The notes beneath the pieces were generated by a model. It had not been told where the DNA came from and did not search any database. It saw nothing but the letters and a program-made list of their open reading frames with translations. Both the position numbers and the translations under genes were made by a program. Positions 9,928 through 19,648 of a stretch of 64,000 nucleotides of DNA are shown here, one piece after another. The stretch's first letter is position 1, and each line of letters starts with the position of its first letter. The stretch is taken from contig DASYRM010000061.1 in the NCBI GenBank assembly GCA_036004405.1, forward strand, positions 1,053 to 65,052. The letters are read 5' to 3'. The DNA comes from Vicinamibacterales bacterium. Its GTDB lineage: Bacteria; Acidobacteriota; Vicinamibacteria; Vicinamibacterales; UBA2999.

Positions 9928-10893
9928 CTACTGCGCCGGCAGCAGTTCGATCTCGACCGTGACCTCGGACTTCACGGGACGGCCGTTCTGACGCGCGGGT
10001 TGAAACACCCAGTCGCGGGCCGCGGCGAGGACCACGGGGTCGTAGGCGGGGTGGATCGTCTTTTTGCTGGCGGCGGCCACCACCCGCCCGCGCGCATCCA
10101 CCTCGACGGCGATCGCGCCCGAGTATTTCCGCTGCGCGGCGCGCAGGTCGGGCGGCATCCACTTCGGCAACGGCCGCACCACCGCCACCGCCGGCTCGAA
10201 CGCCACCGGCTCGCTGGCCGTGACGCGCATGGGAGCTGGAGCGGAGCTCGCCACGGCGGTCGGCACAGCGGCCGGCGGCGCCGGCTCCGGGGCCGCGGGC
10301 GCTGCCGAGAGCGAGGGCGGCAGCGGCGCGGCCACGATCGATCGTGAGATCGGGGCAATCAGCGGTGGGGGCGTTTGCGCGCGCGTCAGCTCCACGAAGG
10401 CGCCCGCCACGAGCGCCAGGTCCGACAGCGCCTGGTCGTTCTGCAGCGCCGGATCGTCGAGGAGCTTCAGCACCTGGTCGAACTGCTCACGGGCGCGCGC
10501 GGTGGCGCCTTCACGGTAGCGCGCCGTGGCCTCGGAAAAGCCCCGGCGGATGAGCGGCGGCAGCAGCCGGCGGCGGACGGCGGCAAACTGCGTGGCCACG
10601 CGCGGCGACGCGGCTTCGCCGTCGAGCACGAAGAACGGATCGGCCGCCACGATGTCGGACATGGCGCGCTCGGCCGCATCGGCACGGCCGAGGGCGATGA
10701 GGCACAACGCCCGGTACTGATGCACCGCCGCCGTCGGCTGCTCGAGCGCGATGGCATCGAGCACTTCGAGCGCGCGCGAGTACATCGCGTCGTCGTAGAG
10801 CCGCAGGGCGTCGGCCAGCCGATCGCCGGCCATGGCCAGGGACGCCGTGCCGATGAGCGCGGCCGCAATGAGTCCAACGATTCGAACGCGCAT
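9928..10893 (-). CDS. TPR-like protein with Pro-rich linker and TonB C-terminal-like domain
   Basis: Signal peptide; QYRALCLIALGR; C-terminal VEVDARGRV..YDPVVLAAARDWVFQPARQNGRPV. Confidence 0.8.
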   Translation of the reverse strand: MRVRIVGLIAAALIGTASLAMAGDRLADALRLYDDAMYSRALEVLDAIALEQPTAAVHQYRALCLIALGRADAAERAMSDIVAADPFFVLDGEAASPRVATQFAAVRRRLLPPLIRRGFSEATARYREGATARAREQFDQVLKLLDDPALQNDQALSDLALVAGAFVELTRAQTPPPLIAPISRSIVAAPLPPSLSAAPAAPEPAPPAAVPTAVASSAPAPMRVTASEPVAFEPAVAVVRPLPKWMPPDLRAAQRKYSGAIAVEVDARGRVVAAASKKTIHPAYDPVVLAAARDWVFQPARQNGRPVKSEVTVEIELLPAQ

Positions 10894-10899
10894 GGCTCC

Positions 10900-11883
10900 C
10901 TACTTTCCTGCCTTGAAATCCACGCTCACGCGCGCGGGCTGGCCCATCGTGACGAGCACCGGCACGCGGCGCTCGCCGAGCTCCGGGTGACGCAGAACGA
11001 CTTCGTGGCGGCCGATCGTCCGCATCAGCGTGCCGATCGGCGTGTCGCCCACGCGCTCGCCGTCGACCCACGCTTCGGCCCACGGCTTCGCGTTGATGGA
11101 GATCGACGCGCTCGGCAAGCGGACCGGCAGGATCGCGCTCTCACCCGCTTTGATGGTGACCATCTGGTGGGTGGCAAACCCGAGCTCGTCGTTCCGGAGG
11201 TCGAGCACGTGGTCGCCGGTGGGCAGCATCAGGCGATCCACATCGGTCGTGCCGAGCAGACGCCCTTCTTCGGTGATGCGCATCGGCACTGGAACCTCGA
11301 CGTGCAGCCATCCCGAGAGCGATCCAGCCGGCGCGGGCTTTGCGGCCGCGGGAGCGGCCGGCCGCGGGGGCGGCACCAGCGTGCGCTCGACGGGAACGGG
11401 AACGGGCACCGGCACGGCGCTCGCGAAGGCCATCGGGGGCGGGGTCACTTGAATCGCGATGGGCGCGCTGGCCGACTGCAGCGCCCAGAGCACCACGAAC
11501 GGCGCCTGGCCCAGCGTCAGCAGGCCCAGCACCGCGACGCCGACGAACCAGCGGCCGCGCTGCACCGGCGCAGGTACCAGCGCGGGTGCCGGCGCGGATG
11601 TCGGCTCGGCGGATGCGGCCGGCTCGGGAGCTGCGGGAACCGCGGCCGAAACCATCACGGGAGCCACGTCCGGGACCACCACTGGAACCGGCACGGGCTC
11701 CTCGGGGGGAGGCGCCTTGGGCAGGGCGATACGCGACACGGCCGCCACGCGCTGGAACAAGGATTCCGACAATGGGCGCGTCACTTGGTCGTCTTCGGCG
11801 CCAAACTCGCCCATCGCATCAGCCAACGAGTTCTGACTCAACCAGACGACGTCCCCGAGATGACTCATGGCAATTCGCTCCAT
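10900..11883 (-). CDS. Single-TM PEGA domain protein
   Basis: Pro/Ala-rich N-term, TM (WFVGVAVLGLLTL), INAKPWAEAWVDGERVGDTPI, GRHEVVLRHPELG; start may be 11892 or 11868. Confidence 0.8.
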   Translation of the reverse strand: MERIAMSHLGDVVWLSQNSLADAMGEFGAEDDQVTRPLSESLFQRVAAVSRIALPKAPPPEEPVPVPVVVPDVAPVMVSAAVPAAPEPAASAEPTSAPAPALVPAPVQRGRWFVGVAVLGLLTLGQAPFVVLWALQSASAPIAIQVTPPPMAFASAVPVPVPVPVERTLVPPPRPAAPAAAKPAPAGSLSGWLHVEVPVPMRITEEGRLLGTTDVDRLMLPTGDHVLDLRNDELGFATHQMVTIKAGESAILPVRLPSASISINAKPWAEAWVDGERVGDTPIGTLMRTIGRHEVVLRHPELGERRVPVLVTMGQPARVSVDFKAGK

Positions 11884-11922
11884 GGAGGTCAACGCGGGGA
11901 CGCCGGTGAGCGAACAAGAGTG

Positions 11923-13731
11923 CTAATAGACCGTCAACCCGAAGTGGTCGCCCGCCACCGCGCTGTTGTGCAGGCCGGTCGTGTTCTCGGTGAAAAGCTG
12001 GGTATTGGTGGCGCTGAGCCCGGTGTTGGTCACGCCGTAGACCACGTTCACGGCCCCCGCCCCTGCCACGGTGCCGACCGCTTCGAACGGGACGCCGATC
12101 GCCAGATCCGCGCGGCTGGAATGGCCGAAGTTCCACGCCGTGAGCGACGACCCGAAGGCGTCGCCGTTTTCCATCACGCCCGACAGCTGAGTGACATTGG
12201 TCGGCAGCCCTTGGGCCGGCGCCTGCTGCGTGAAGAGCTGTGGCGCGCGACCCACCGTGCGTGACAGCCCGCTGACCGTGCCGAACACCACTTCGACGAG
12301 GCCGCTGGTCACGAACTGCGTGGGCTGGCTGGTGCCGTTGACGAACAGCGAGAATCTCCCGTTCGGCGCGCCGATCGCCAGATCTTTGATCCCGTCGCCG
12401 TCGAAATCGCCGGCCGCGAGCGCAAACCCGCCTTGTCCATTGCGCGCCAGGATCAATGCGCCCGGCGTGCCCACCGACTGCAGCCCGAAGAACGACCCCG
12501 GGATCATGACGACGCCGCCGCTCGCCGGCGACAGGTTGCCGCCCGCCGTGGCGCTTTCGAACGGGACCCCGATCGCCAGGTCGTCGAAGGTGTCGCCGTT
12601 GAAATCGCCGACGCCAAACGCGGCCCCAAACTGCTCCCCGACGTTCGGGTCACTTGGGACGCCGGCCGTGCTCTCGTCGAAGCTGACCCGCGTGGCCAGA
12701 CTCAACCCCGTGGCCGAGCCGGGCAGGATATGGGCGCGTCCGGCCGAGACGAACCCGGATCCCACCGCATCCGCGAACGGTGCCCCGGCCACGAGATCGA
12801 AGAAGCCGTCGCGGTTGAAGTCGCCGGCCGTGAGCGCCAGGCTGGCGTTCGAGTGCCGGTCGAGCAACGCCGTGTCGACGACGAGCTGCTGCTTGCCGGT
12901 CACGCTCAAACCGGTGAGCGAACCGAACAGGATGGTGACCTGCGACTGCTGGGTGACGAAGTCGCTGGTAAATTCGGACGCCACGGCAAGGTCGCCGAAG
13001 CCGTCGCGGTTGAAGTCGCCCCAGGTGAGCGATCCCGCAGCATGAGGATTCCCGGTGCCCACGCCGGAGGGATAGAACACCGACGGCCCGAAGAACTGAC
13101 TCATGGCCCCGAGCCCGGACGCCGATCCTTTGAAGACGGCCAGGCCCCCGACCGCGGGGCCCGAAGAGATCTTCTCCCCCGGAATACCGACGGCGAGGTC
13201 GGAGAACCCGTCGTGATCGAAGTCGCCGGAGGCCAGGGCAAAGCCGAACTGGTCGTTGGCTTCCACCTGTTTGTCGGGATTCTCCGGAAACAGCACCACC
13301 GAGCTGACCTCGGTGAGAAGGTCCGAACCCGGCGTGGTCGCGTTTCCGGCCGGGAGCAGGCCGTCGGCCGCCGTGCCGTAGATGATCTGCACGGCGCCGG
13401 CGTCGGTGATGAGCCTGGGACCGAAGAGGCCGTTGAACGTCACGTCCTTGCCGGGGATGCCGATCGCCAGGTCGGCCACGCCGTCGCCGTTGAAGTCGCC
13501 CTTGGCGATGCCGCTGCTGCTCCCGGCGCCGCATCGCCGCTCGATGCCATCCGCCCGTCCGGCGGGGCCGGGCATGTGGTCACACGGATCGGCGCGCTGC
13601 TCGGCGCCCTGCCCGGGCTCCTCGCGATCGGCCCGCAGCGTCAGTGAGCCGTAGAGTCCAACCGCAACCGCCAGCGCGGCCAGTGCGGCGCGCCGTCCCA
13701 TTCGTACCTGTGTCAACGAGCTTCGCGTCAT
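11923..13731 (-). CDS. Secreted FG-GAP / integrin-alpha beta-propeller repeat protein
   Basis: About 7 repeats GDFNGDG..DLAIG.P; signal-like N-terminus. Confidence 0.9.
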   Translation of the reverse strand: MTRSSLTQVRMGRRAALAALAVAVGLYGSLTLRADREEPGQGAEQRADPCDHMPGPAGRADGIERRCGAGSSSGIAKGDFNGDGVADLAIGIPGKDVTFNGLFGPRLITDAGAVQIIYGTAADGLLPAGNATTPGSDLLTEVSSVVLFPENPDKQVEANDQFGFALASGDFDHDGFSDLAVGIPGEKISSGPAVGGLAVFKGSASGLGAMSQFFGPSVFYPSGVGTGNPHAAGSLTWGDFNRDGFGDLAVASEFTSDFVTQQSQVTILFGSLTGLSVTGKQQLVVDTALLDRHSNASLALTAGDFNRDGFFDLVAGAPFADAVGSGFVSAGRAHILPGSATGLSLATRVSFDESTAGVPSDPNVGEQFGAAFGVGDFNGDTFDDLAIGVPFESATAGGNLSPASGGVVMIPGSFFGLQSVGTPGALILARNGQGGFALAAGDFDGDGIKDLAIGAPNGRFSLFVNGTSQPTQFVTSGLVEVVFGTVSGLSRTVGRAPQLFTQQAPAQGLPTNVTQLSGVMENGDAFGSSLTAWNFGHSSRADLAIGVPFEAVGTVAGAGAVNVVYGVTNTGLSATNTQLFTENTTGLHNSAVAGDHFGLTVY

Positions 13732-13885
13732 ATGTACCTTCCGGGCTAGGGGGCCGGATCGGCCCGATCTGTCAGATCTGGCGCAGGGTCGCGACGGACT
13801 GGTCCAGGCACCCCCGGAGGGTGTCGTGCAGGAGCAGGAATTGCGGGGAAATGCCCGAGGCTATGCCATCATCCGAGGACCACGG

Positions 13886-14433
13886 ATGAGCGACGTCACG
13901 AAGCTGCTCGATCGCTGGAACCGCGGGGACGCCGCCGCGCTCAACGACCTGATGCCGTCTACGACGAGCTGCACCGGCTGGCGGGGCACTACCTGCACGG
14001 GGAACGCGACGGCCACACCCTGCAGCCCACCGCGCTCGTGCACGAGGCCTATCTGCGGCTGGCCGGGGTGCGCGCCGGCCGCTTCCAGAACCGGGTACAC
14101 TTTTTCGGCGCCGCGGCGCAAACGATGCGCCGCATCCTCGTCGATCATGCCCGCCGCCGGGGCGCCCGCAAGCGCAGCGCCGGGGCCGAGCACCTGGATC
14201 TGGAACGGGCGGCGCAAGTTGGCATCGATCCCGACACCGACCTGCTCGCCCTCGACCGCGCGCTCGAAAACCTCACCGAGGTGTCGCCGAAGGCGGCGCG
14301 CGTGGTGGAACTGCGGTTCTTCGGGGGGCTATCGATCGAGCAGGCGGCCGAGTTCCTCGACGTCGGTCCCAGCACGGTGAAACGCCACTGGTCGTTCGCT
14401 CGCGCCTGGCTCTCTCGCGAGCTCGAGGCCTGA
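13886..14433 (+). pseudogene. ECF sigma factor (kinase-associated, TLQPTALVHEAY type) with a frameshift near 13955-13957
   Basis: Frame A: MSDVTKLLDRWNRGDAAALNDLMP. Frame B from 13957: VYDELHRLAGHYLHGERDGHTLQPTALVHEAYLRL..VELRFFGGLS..TVKRHWSFARAWL. Could be a sequencing or assembly error. Confidence 0.8.
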
Positions 14434-14435
14434 GC

Positions 14436-16832
14436 CTACGATTTCGGGCAGGCGGAAAGAGCCGCGCGCGTTCGCGCGGCGTCATCCTTCACCAGATCCA
14501 CTAACGGCGACGTCCGCTCGGTCTCGTCGAAGAGCTCGACCGACCGGTGATAGTCCGCGCAGGCTCGCGGCTGCTGTCCGGCCGGCGCGACATCGCCGCG
14601 AACCGCCAACGCCTCGGCAAACCGCCACTTCACACCCTCTGGCATCTGCCCGGCGCGGTGCATGGCGTCGTAGGTCGTCACCGCGCGGTCGGCCCACGAC
14701 CGCGCCTCCTCGACCGCGCCGGCGCGGAGACGGTTGCGCGCCAGGTTGCGGGCCGATTCGCTGAACAGGATGCGCGCCCGCGCGTTGCCGTTTTCGCCGG
14801 TGAGCATGCCCTCGGTGAGCGCGATGGCGCGCCGATACTGGCGCTCGCCGTCATCGAGGCGCGCGGCGCCGTCGAGCATGGTTCCGAGCTGCATGGCGTC
14901 GGTGGCGGCGTCGAGCTGCAAGGCGGGGTCGGCCGGGCGTTTGGACAGCACGAGTTCGGAGGTGTCGAGCGCGCGCCGGCCGTGGTCGATCGCCCGCGCC
15001 TCGTCGCGGCGATCGTGATACAGCGACGCGAGATACCGCCCCGTGATCCCGACGTTGCGCACCAGGTTTTCCTTCTGTGGCCGCTCGGCGAGGAGTGCGC
15101 GATAGAGCGACGCCGCGCGCTCGAAGATGGCGACCCGCTCGGTCCAGTGCTCGGCGGGCTCGGCAACACCGAGATAAAACACGCTGCCGGCGAGAATCTC
15201 GCGGGCGTCGAAGTCGCCCTGCCGCGCCGCCACATTGCGCTCGGCATAACCGACCGCCTGCTGCGCGTGCCGGCTGGCATCTGCGCCGCGCGACTGCGTG
15301 TTGTCGAACCCGGCCAGCCGCCCGTACAACAGCGTCGCGTCCTTCAGTACAGCGGGATCGTTCGGGGCGATCGCCAGCGCGCGCTGCATCAGCTCGTCGG
15401 CCTTCGCGAAGCGCGCCGACGCGGTGGCCTGATTGCCGAGGTTGGCCACCGTCGCGTCGCCCTGCACCCGGGCCAGCTGCTGATACGCGTTCGACAGCTC
15501 GAGCAGCAGCGGAACGTTGCGCCCGGCATCGCGTGACACCGACTCCAGATAACGCATCGTGTCCTGGATCAGCGTCTGGCGCAGCGGCAGCGTGGCCGGA
15601 ATGCTCTCCATCTTCGGCTGGATGTCGAAGATGACGGTGTGCACGAGCTGTCGGGCGTCCTCGAACCGGCGCTGCTCCACCTGCGCCTGACGGATGTACA
15701 CCGCCGCGGCAGCCGCCGCGGCCACCAGCAGCGCGGCACCGGCCGCCGAGCGCGCCTTGTTGCGGCGAATCAGCTTGAACGCGGCGTCCACGCGGCTCGG
15801 CGGCCGCGCGACCACGGGACGGCCGGCGAGCAGCCGATCGACATCCGCCTTGAGATCTGCCACCGAACCGTAGCGGGACGCCGGATCCTTGGCCAGCGCC
15901 TTCAGCGCAATCGCGTCGAGATCACGCGACACGCCCGGCGTCCGCGCACTCGGCGGTTCCGGCATCTGCTCGACCACGCGCTTGAACGTCTCTTCGAACG
16001 ACGCGCCGTTGCGGTACTGCGGGTTGACGCCGGTGATCAGCTGGTAGAGCAGCACGCCCAACGCATAGACGTCGGAGGCGAACGACAACGGCTCGCCGCG
16101 CAGCTGCTCAGGGCTGGCACAGACGAACGACAGCGGATGCAGCATGGTGCTGGCGTCGCCGGGAGCGCGCGTCCCGTCCTGCAGCACCTGCGCGATCCCG
16201 AAGTCGAGCACCTTCACGGCGCCCTGCGCGGTGACCACGATGTTGGCGGGCTTGAGATCGCGGTGCAGGATCAAGTGCTGGTGCGCGTAGTGAACGGCGT
16301 CGCACACATCGCCAAACAGCCGCAGACGCTGGTCGACGGCCAGCTCCCGCTCGACGCAATCCTGTGTGATCGGAGTGCCGTGCACCAGCTCCATCACGAA
16401 ATAGCGATGGCCGCCGGACACGCCGGCATCGAGCAGCCGGACGATGTGCGGATGATCGAGACGGGCGAGGATGTGGCGTTCCTGGGCGAAGCGCCGGTAG
16501 GTCTCCGGTGGAAACAGACGCGCGTCGGCCACCTTGATCGCGACGTCGCGCTCGAAGGCCCCGTCCTGGCGTTCGGCCCGATAGACGACGCCCATGCCGC
16601 CGCGGCCGATCACCTCGCGAAGCACGTAGGGACCCAGCGCGGCGCCCGCCGACGGCGGCGGCACGTCGAGGGCCAGCAGCCCGCCGCTGCGGCCGAGCGC
16701 CTGGAGCAGCGACTCCACCTCGGCGCGGGTGTTCGGGTCGAGCGCGGCGAGCAGCGTGTCGCGTTCCTCGGGCGTCGCGCTTTCGATGCGCGCGAGCTCC
16801 GAGCTGACGACGCTCCAATCCAGCTGAGCCAT
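14436..16832 (-). CDS. Ser/Thr protein kinase with TM and C-terminal TPR-like region
   Basis: GRGGMGVVY, VAIK, HRDLKPAN, DFG, SPEQ, SDVYALG; TM near AGAALLVAAAAAAAVY; helical repeats. Confidence 0.92.
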   Translation of the reverse strand: MAQLDWSVVSSELARIESATPEERDTLLAALDPNTRAEVESLLQALGRSGGLLALDVPPPSAGAALGPYVLREVIGRGGMGVVYRAERQDGAFERDVAIKVADARLFPPETYRRFAQERHILARLDHPHIVRLLDAGVSGGHRYFVMELVHGTPITQDCVERELAVDQRLRLFGDVCDAVHYAHQHLILHRDLKPANIVVTAQGAVKVLDFGIAQVLQDGTRAPGDASTMLHPLSFVCASPEQLRGEPLSFASDVYALGVLLYQLITGVNPQYRNGASFEETFKRVVEQMPEPPSARTPGVSRDLDAIALKALAKDPASRYGSVADLKADVDRLLAGRPVVARPPSRVDAAFKLIRRNKARSAAGAALLVAAAAAAAVYIRQAQVEQRRFEDARQLVHTVIFDIQPKMESIPATLPLRQTLIQDTMRYLESVSRDAGRNVPLLLELSNAYQQLARVQGDATVANLGNQATASARFAKADELMQRALAIAPNDPAVLKDATLLYGRLAGFDNTQSRGADASRHAQQAVGYAERNVAARQGDFDAREILAGSVFYLGVAEPAEHWTERVAIFERAASLYRALLAERPQKENLVRNVGITGRYLASLYHDRRDEARAIDHGRRALDTSELVLSKRPADPALQLDAATDAMQLGTMLDGAARLDDGERQYRRAIALTEGMLTGENGNARARILFSESARNLARNRLRAGAVEEARSWADRAVTTYDAMHRAGQMPEGVKWRFAEALAVRGDVAPAGQQPRACADYHRSVELFDETERTSPLVDLVKDDAARTRAALSACPKS

Positions 16833-16936
16833 GTGCGAGGGGGTAGTTATAGCCGATCGGCCTTCCAGCCCGAATGGGGTAGGTGTCCGGGGGGCCAGGC
16901 GACCGGCCGCAGCCCGCCTGCTAGAATCCCCCAACC

Positions 16937-18238
16937 GTGACGTCCCTGGCCGAGGCCACTCCTTCCCCAGTCGAAACGGCCGCGGTCGAGGGGCCCTGGT
17001 ATCGCCAGGTCACCAGCGATCAGTGGCGGGCGTTCTGGGCCGTATTCCTGGGATGGATCGTCGATTCCTTCGACTTCAACATCCTGACCTTCATCGTCAT
17101 CGATATCCAGAAAAGCTTCACCGTGGACAACGCGTTGGCGGGCGCGCTGGGCACCGTGACGCTGGTCATGCGGCTCGCCGGCGGCACCATTGCCGGCACG
17201 GCGGCCGACAAATGGGGCCGCAAGGGGCCGCTGCTGGTCTCGGTGCTCTGGTTTTCATTGTTCGCAGCGCTGAGCGGCTTCTCCACGTCGTACGCGATGC
17301 TCTTCGCCCTGCGCGCGCTGTTCGGACTCGGCATGGGCGGCGAGTGGGCGGCGGGCATGCCCCTCGTGCTCGAGCACTGGCCGACCAAACTTCGCGGCAT
17401 CGCCTCGGGGCTGCTGCTGGGCGGGTGGTACTGGGGCTACCTGTTTGCCGCCGCCGCGTTCCAGTTCATCTATCCGCTCGTCGCCACGGAAAACCCCGAC
17501 TTCGCGTGGCGCGCCATGTTCTGGCTCTGCGTGATCCCGGCGCTCTTCACGCTGTGGATCCGCAGCAAGGTGCCGGAGAGCCCGGTGTGGCTGGCGCGGC
17601 AGCGCGAGCTCGCGGCGCGAGGTCCCGCCGAGCGGGCCGCCGAACCGTCGTTCTCGCTCGCCCGCATCTTCAAGCCCGACATGATCGGCGTGACGATCCG
17701 CACCACCCTCGTGATCGGCGCCTTCATGTGCATCTACTATTCGCTCAACTTCTGGTATCCGACGTTCCTGCGCGAGGCCGGCCGGCCCGTGCTGCCGTAC
17801 CTGGCGGCGTTCAACTTCGGCGCGATCGCCGGCACCGCCACGTTCGGGCGGTTGTCGGAAGGGCGCCTCGGCCGGCGGGGCGCCGCGACGATCAACGTCA
17901 TTCTCGGCATCGCCTCGCTGCCGTTGTATCTCCACGCGACGGATCCGATGCTGCTCGGGCTCGGCGCCCTGATGATGGGCTTCTTCGGCATGGGCGTGTG
18001 GGGCATGGCGCCCGCCTACAGCAACGAGTCGTTCCCCACCGAGGTGCGCGGCGTGGGCCCCGGCTTCTGCTATCACGCTGCCGCGGCGATTGGCGCCACG
18101 ATGCCGACCGTGCTCGGCTTTCTCAAGGACCAGGGCTTCGTGATGGTCAACGCCATGAGCCTCGCGATGGTCCTTTCGGGGATTGCCGCCATGGTTATCT
18201 GGCTCGGGCCCGAGACCCGCGGCCGGGTCTTCAAATGA
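16937..18238 (+). CDS. MFS transporter (SHS / sialate:H+ symporter-like)
   Basis: GWIVDSFDF, ADKWGRK, RALFGLGMGGEW, ESFPTEVRG, GPETRG. Confidence 0.9.
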   Translation: MTSLAEATPSPVETAAVEGPWYRQVTSDQWRAFWAVFLGWIVDSFDFNILTFIVIDIQKSFTVDNALAGALGTVTLVMRLAGGTIAGTAADKWGRKGPLLVSVLWFSLFAALSGFSTSYAMLFALRALFGLGMGGEWAAGMPLVLEHWPTKLRGIASGLLLGGWYWGYLFAAAAFQFIYPLVATENPDFAWRAMFWLCVIPALFTLWIRSKVPESPVWLARQRELAARGPAERAAEPSFSLARIFKPDMIGVTIRTTLVIGAFMCIYYSLNFWYPTFLREAGRPVLPYLAAFNFGAIAGTATFGRLSEGRLGRRGAATINVILGIASLPLYLHATDPMLLGLGALMMGFFGMGVWGMAPAYSNESFPTEVRGVGPGFCYHAAAAIGATMPTVLGFLKDQGFVMVNAMSLAMVLSGIAAMVIWLGPETRGRVFK

Positions 18239-19017
18239 TGCGGGAGTTTCACGAGATCTACGCGGTGCGCTACGCGCACCACGATCGCAAGGCCCACGAA
18301 AACTACATCCTCGGCGATCCGCACGACACCAACGAGCCGCTCGCGTACTTCGTGTGGGTGATCAAAGGCGCGAATCGCACCTTCGTCCTCGACACCGGTT
18401 TCGACCAGGCGATGGCCGAGAAGCGCGGGCGCCGCATCGTGCGGCCGGTGGCCGAGGGGCTGCGCGCGATCGGAGTAAACCCCGACACGGTGACCGACGT
18501 CGTCATCAGCCACCTGCACTACGACCATTGCGGCAATCACACGCTTTTCCCGCAGGCGCGGTATCACCTGCAGGACCGCGAGATGATGTACGCCACCGGC
18601 CGCTACATGTGCCACGGGCACCAGCGCATCCCATTCGAGACCGAAGACGTGGTGGCGATGGTGCGCCGCGTGTTCGACGAGCGGGTGGTGTTTCACAATG
18701 GCGACGAGCAGCTCGCGCTCGGCCTGACGGTACATCACGTGGGCGGCCACTCGATGGGGCTGCAGTGCCTGCGCGTGGCAACACGGCGCGGCCACGTGGT
18801 GCTCGCCGCCGACGCCACGCACCTCTACTCGCACATCGAGCAGGGCCGGGTCTTTCCGGTGTGCTACAGCGTGGCGGAAACGCTGGAAGGCTACGCGACG
18901 ATCAAGCGGCTGGCCGATTCGCCGGGGCACATCGTCCCCGGGCACGACCCGGACGTTCTGAACCGCTATCCGGCGGCAGCGCCCGGTCTGGAAGACTGGG
19001 TCGTGCGGCTGGATTGA
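18235..19017 (+). CDS. N-acyl homoserine lactonase-family metallo-beta-lactamase
   Basis: DTG, SHLHYDHCG, GGHS, DA, PGHD; ATGA overlap with MFS stop. Confidence 0.88.
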   Translation: MMREFHEIYAVRYAHHDRKAHENYILGDPHDTNEPLAYFVWVIKGANRTFVLDTGFDQAMAEKRGRRIVRPVAEGLRAIGVNPDTVTDVVISHLHYDHCGNHTLFPQARYHLQDREMMYATGRYMCHGHQRIPFETEDVVAMVRRVFDERVVFHNGDEQLALGLTVHHVGGHSMGLQCLRVATRRGHVVLAADATHLYSHIEQGRVFPVCYSVAETLEGYATIKRLADSPGHIVPGHDPDVLNRYPAAAPGLEDWVVRLD

Positions 19018-19019
19018 AC

Positions 19020-19043
19020 GGGCCGCCTGAAGGCGGCCCCTAC
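19020..19043 (-). repeat. GTAG-type REP element
   Basis: Reverse complement GTAGGGGCCGCCTTCAGGCGGCCC. Confidence 0.85.
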
Positions 19044-19270
19044 TAGAGCGCGTATTCGCGGCTGACCGGAGCCTGCGCGCGCATGGTGTCGAAGAACGCC
19101 ATCATCCGCTCCACGGCGCAGCGCGCGGCGTTAGACGTGCGGAACACCTGCATCACCGAGCACTCGCCATCCTGAATCACCAGCAGCCATCCCCGTTCGG
19201 TGGGGGCGATGCTGTAGTGCGGACGAGGGCCAGGCTCAGGCGACGGCAAGGTGGCAACGGCGTTACCCAT
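19043..19270 (-). CDS. Small hypothetical protein (75 aa)
   Basis: ATG 19270, MGNAVATLPSPEPGPRPHYSIAPTERGWLLVIQ..; fills an otherwise empty gap; no family recognised. Confidence 0.5.
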   Translation of the reverse strand: MGNAVATLPSPEPGPRPHYSIAPTERGWLLVIQDGECSVMQVFRTSNAARCAVERMMAFFDTMRAQAPVSREYAL

Positions 19271-19411
19271 GCCTGCTTGATCTACAAGGTCCGTACCCGC
19301 CTGTATCTGCCAACGCCGACACGGCGTTGCACGCGGAGCCGCCCCGCGAGCGGCGACAAGCCGACACACGCACCTTCAGATTTGTGAAACGCCTCTCGCA
19401 GGGCCACGTAC

Positions 19412-19436
19412 GTAGAGGCGGACCTTCAGGCCCGCC
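19412..19436 (+). repeat. Variant GTAG REP element
   Basis: GTAGAGGCGGACCTTCAGGCCCGCC imperfect palindrome with the same TTCA core. Confidence 0.7.
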
Positions 19437-19472
19437 TGCGCCTCACCTGCCGCCCCCACCTCCCTACCTGCC

Positions 19473-19578
19473 TGTGATCCTCGTGACACTTTCCGCACCT
19501 CGCTGGGGAACGCCCGGGCACCGACATCGCTGAATTTGGCTCAGTTCGCCGCAGGTGTGGTCATGGCATCGCTCGTGC
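19473..19578 (+). promoter_or_regulatory. Putative sigma54 promoter with upstream activator-like site
   Basis: TGGCATCGCTCGTGC (GG-N10-GC) at 19564-19578; TGTGATCCTCGTGACA (TGT-N10-ACA, also CRP-like) at 19473-19488. Confidence 0.5.
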
Positions 19579-19648
19579 GATGACATCCCTCGCCACCCCC
19601 ACGGCACGCAAGCCGCGCCCTCGGCCGGCTCGCCAGGAGATTCTGTCA

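Noticed and set aside
13940-13970. Programmed ribosomal frameshift in the ECF gene
   Set aside because: No slippery heptamer or homopolymer; a conserved residue appears to be missing, favouring deletion or error
16831-19017. 728-aa ORF suggesting an MFS-lactonase fusion
   Set aside because: The two genes are in different frames; the lactonase starts at 18235
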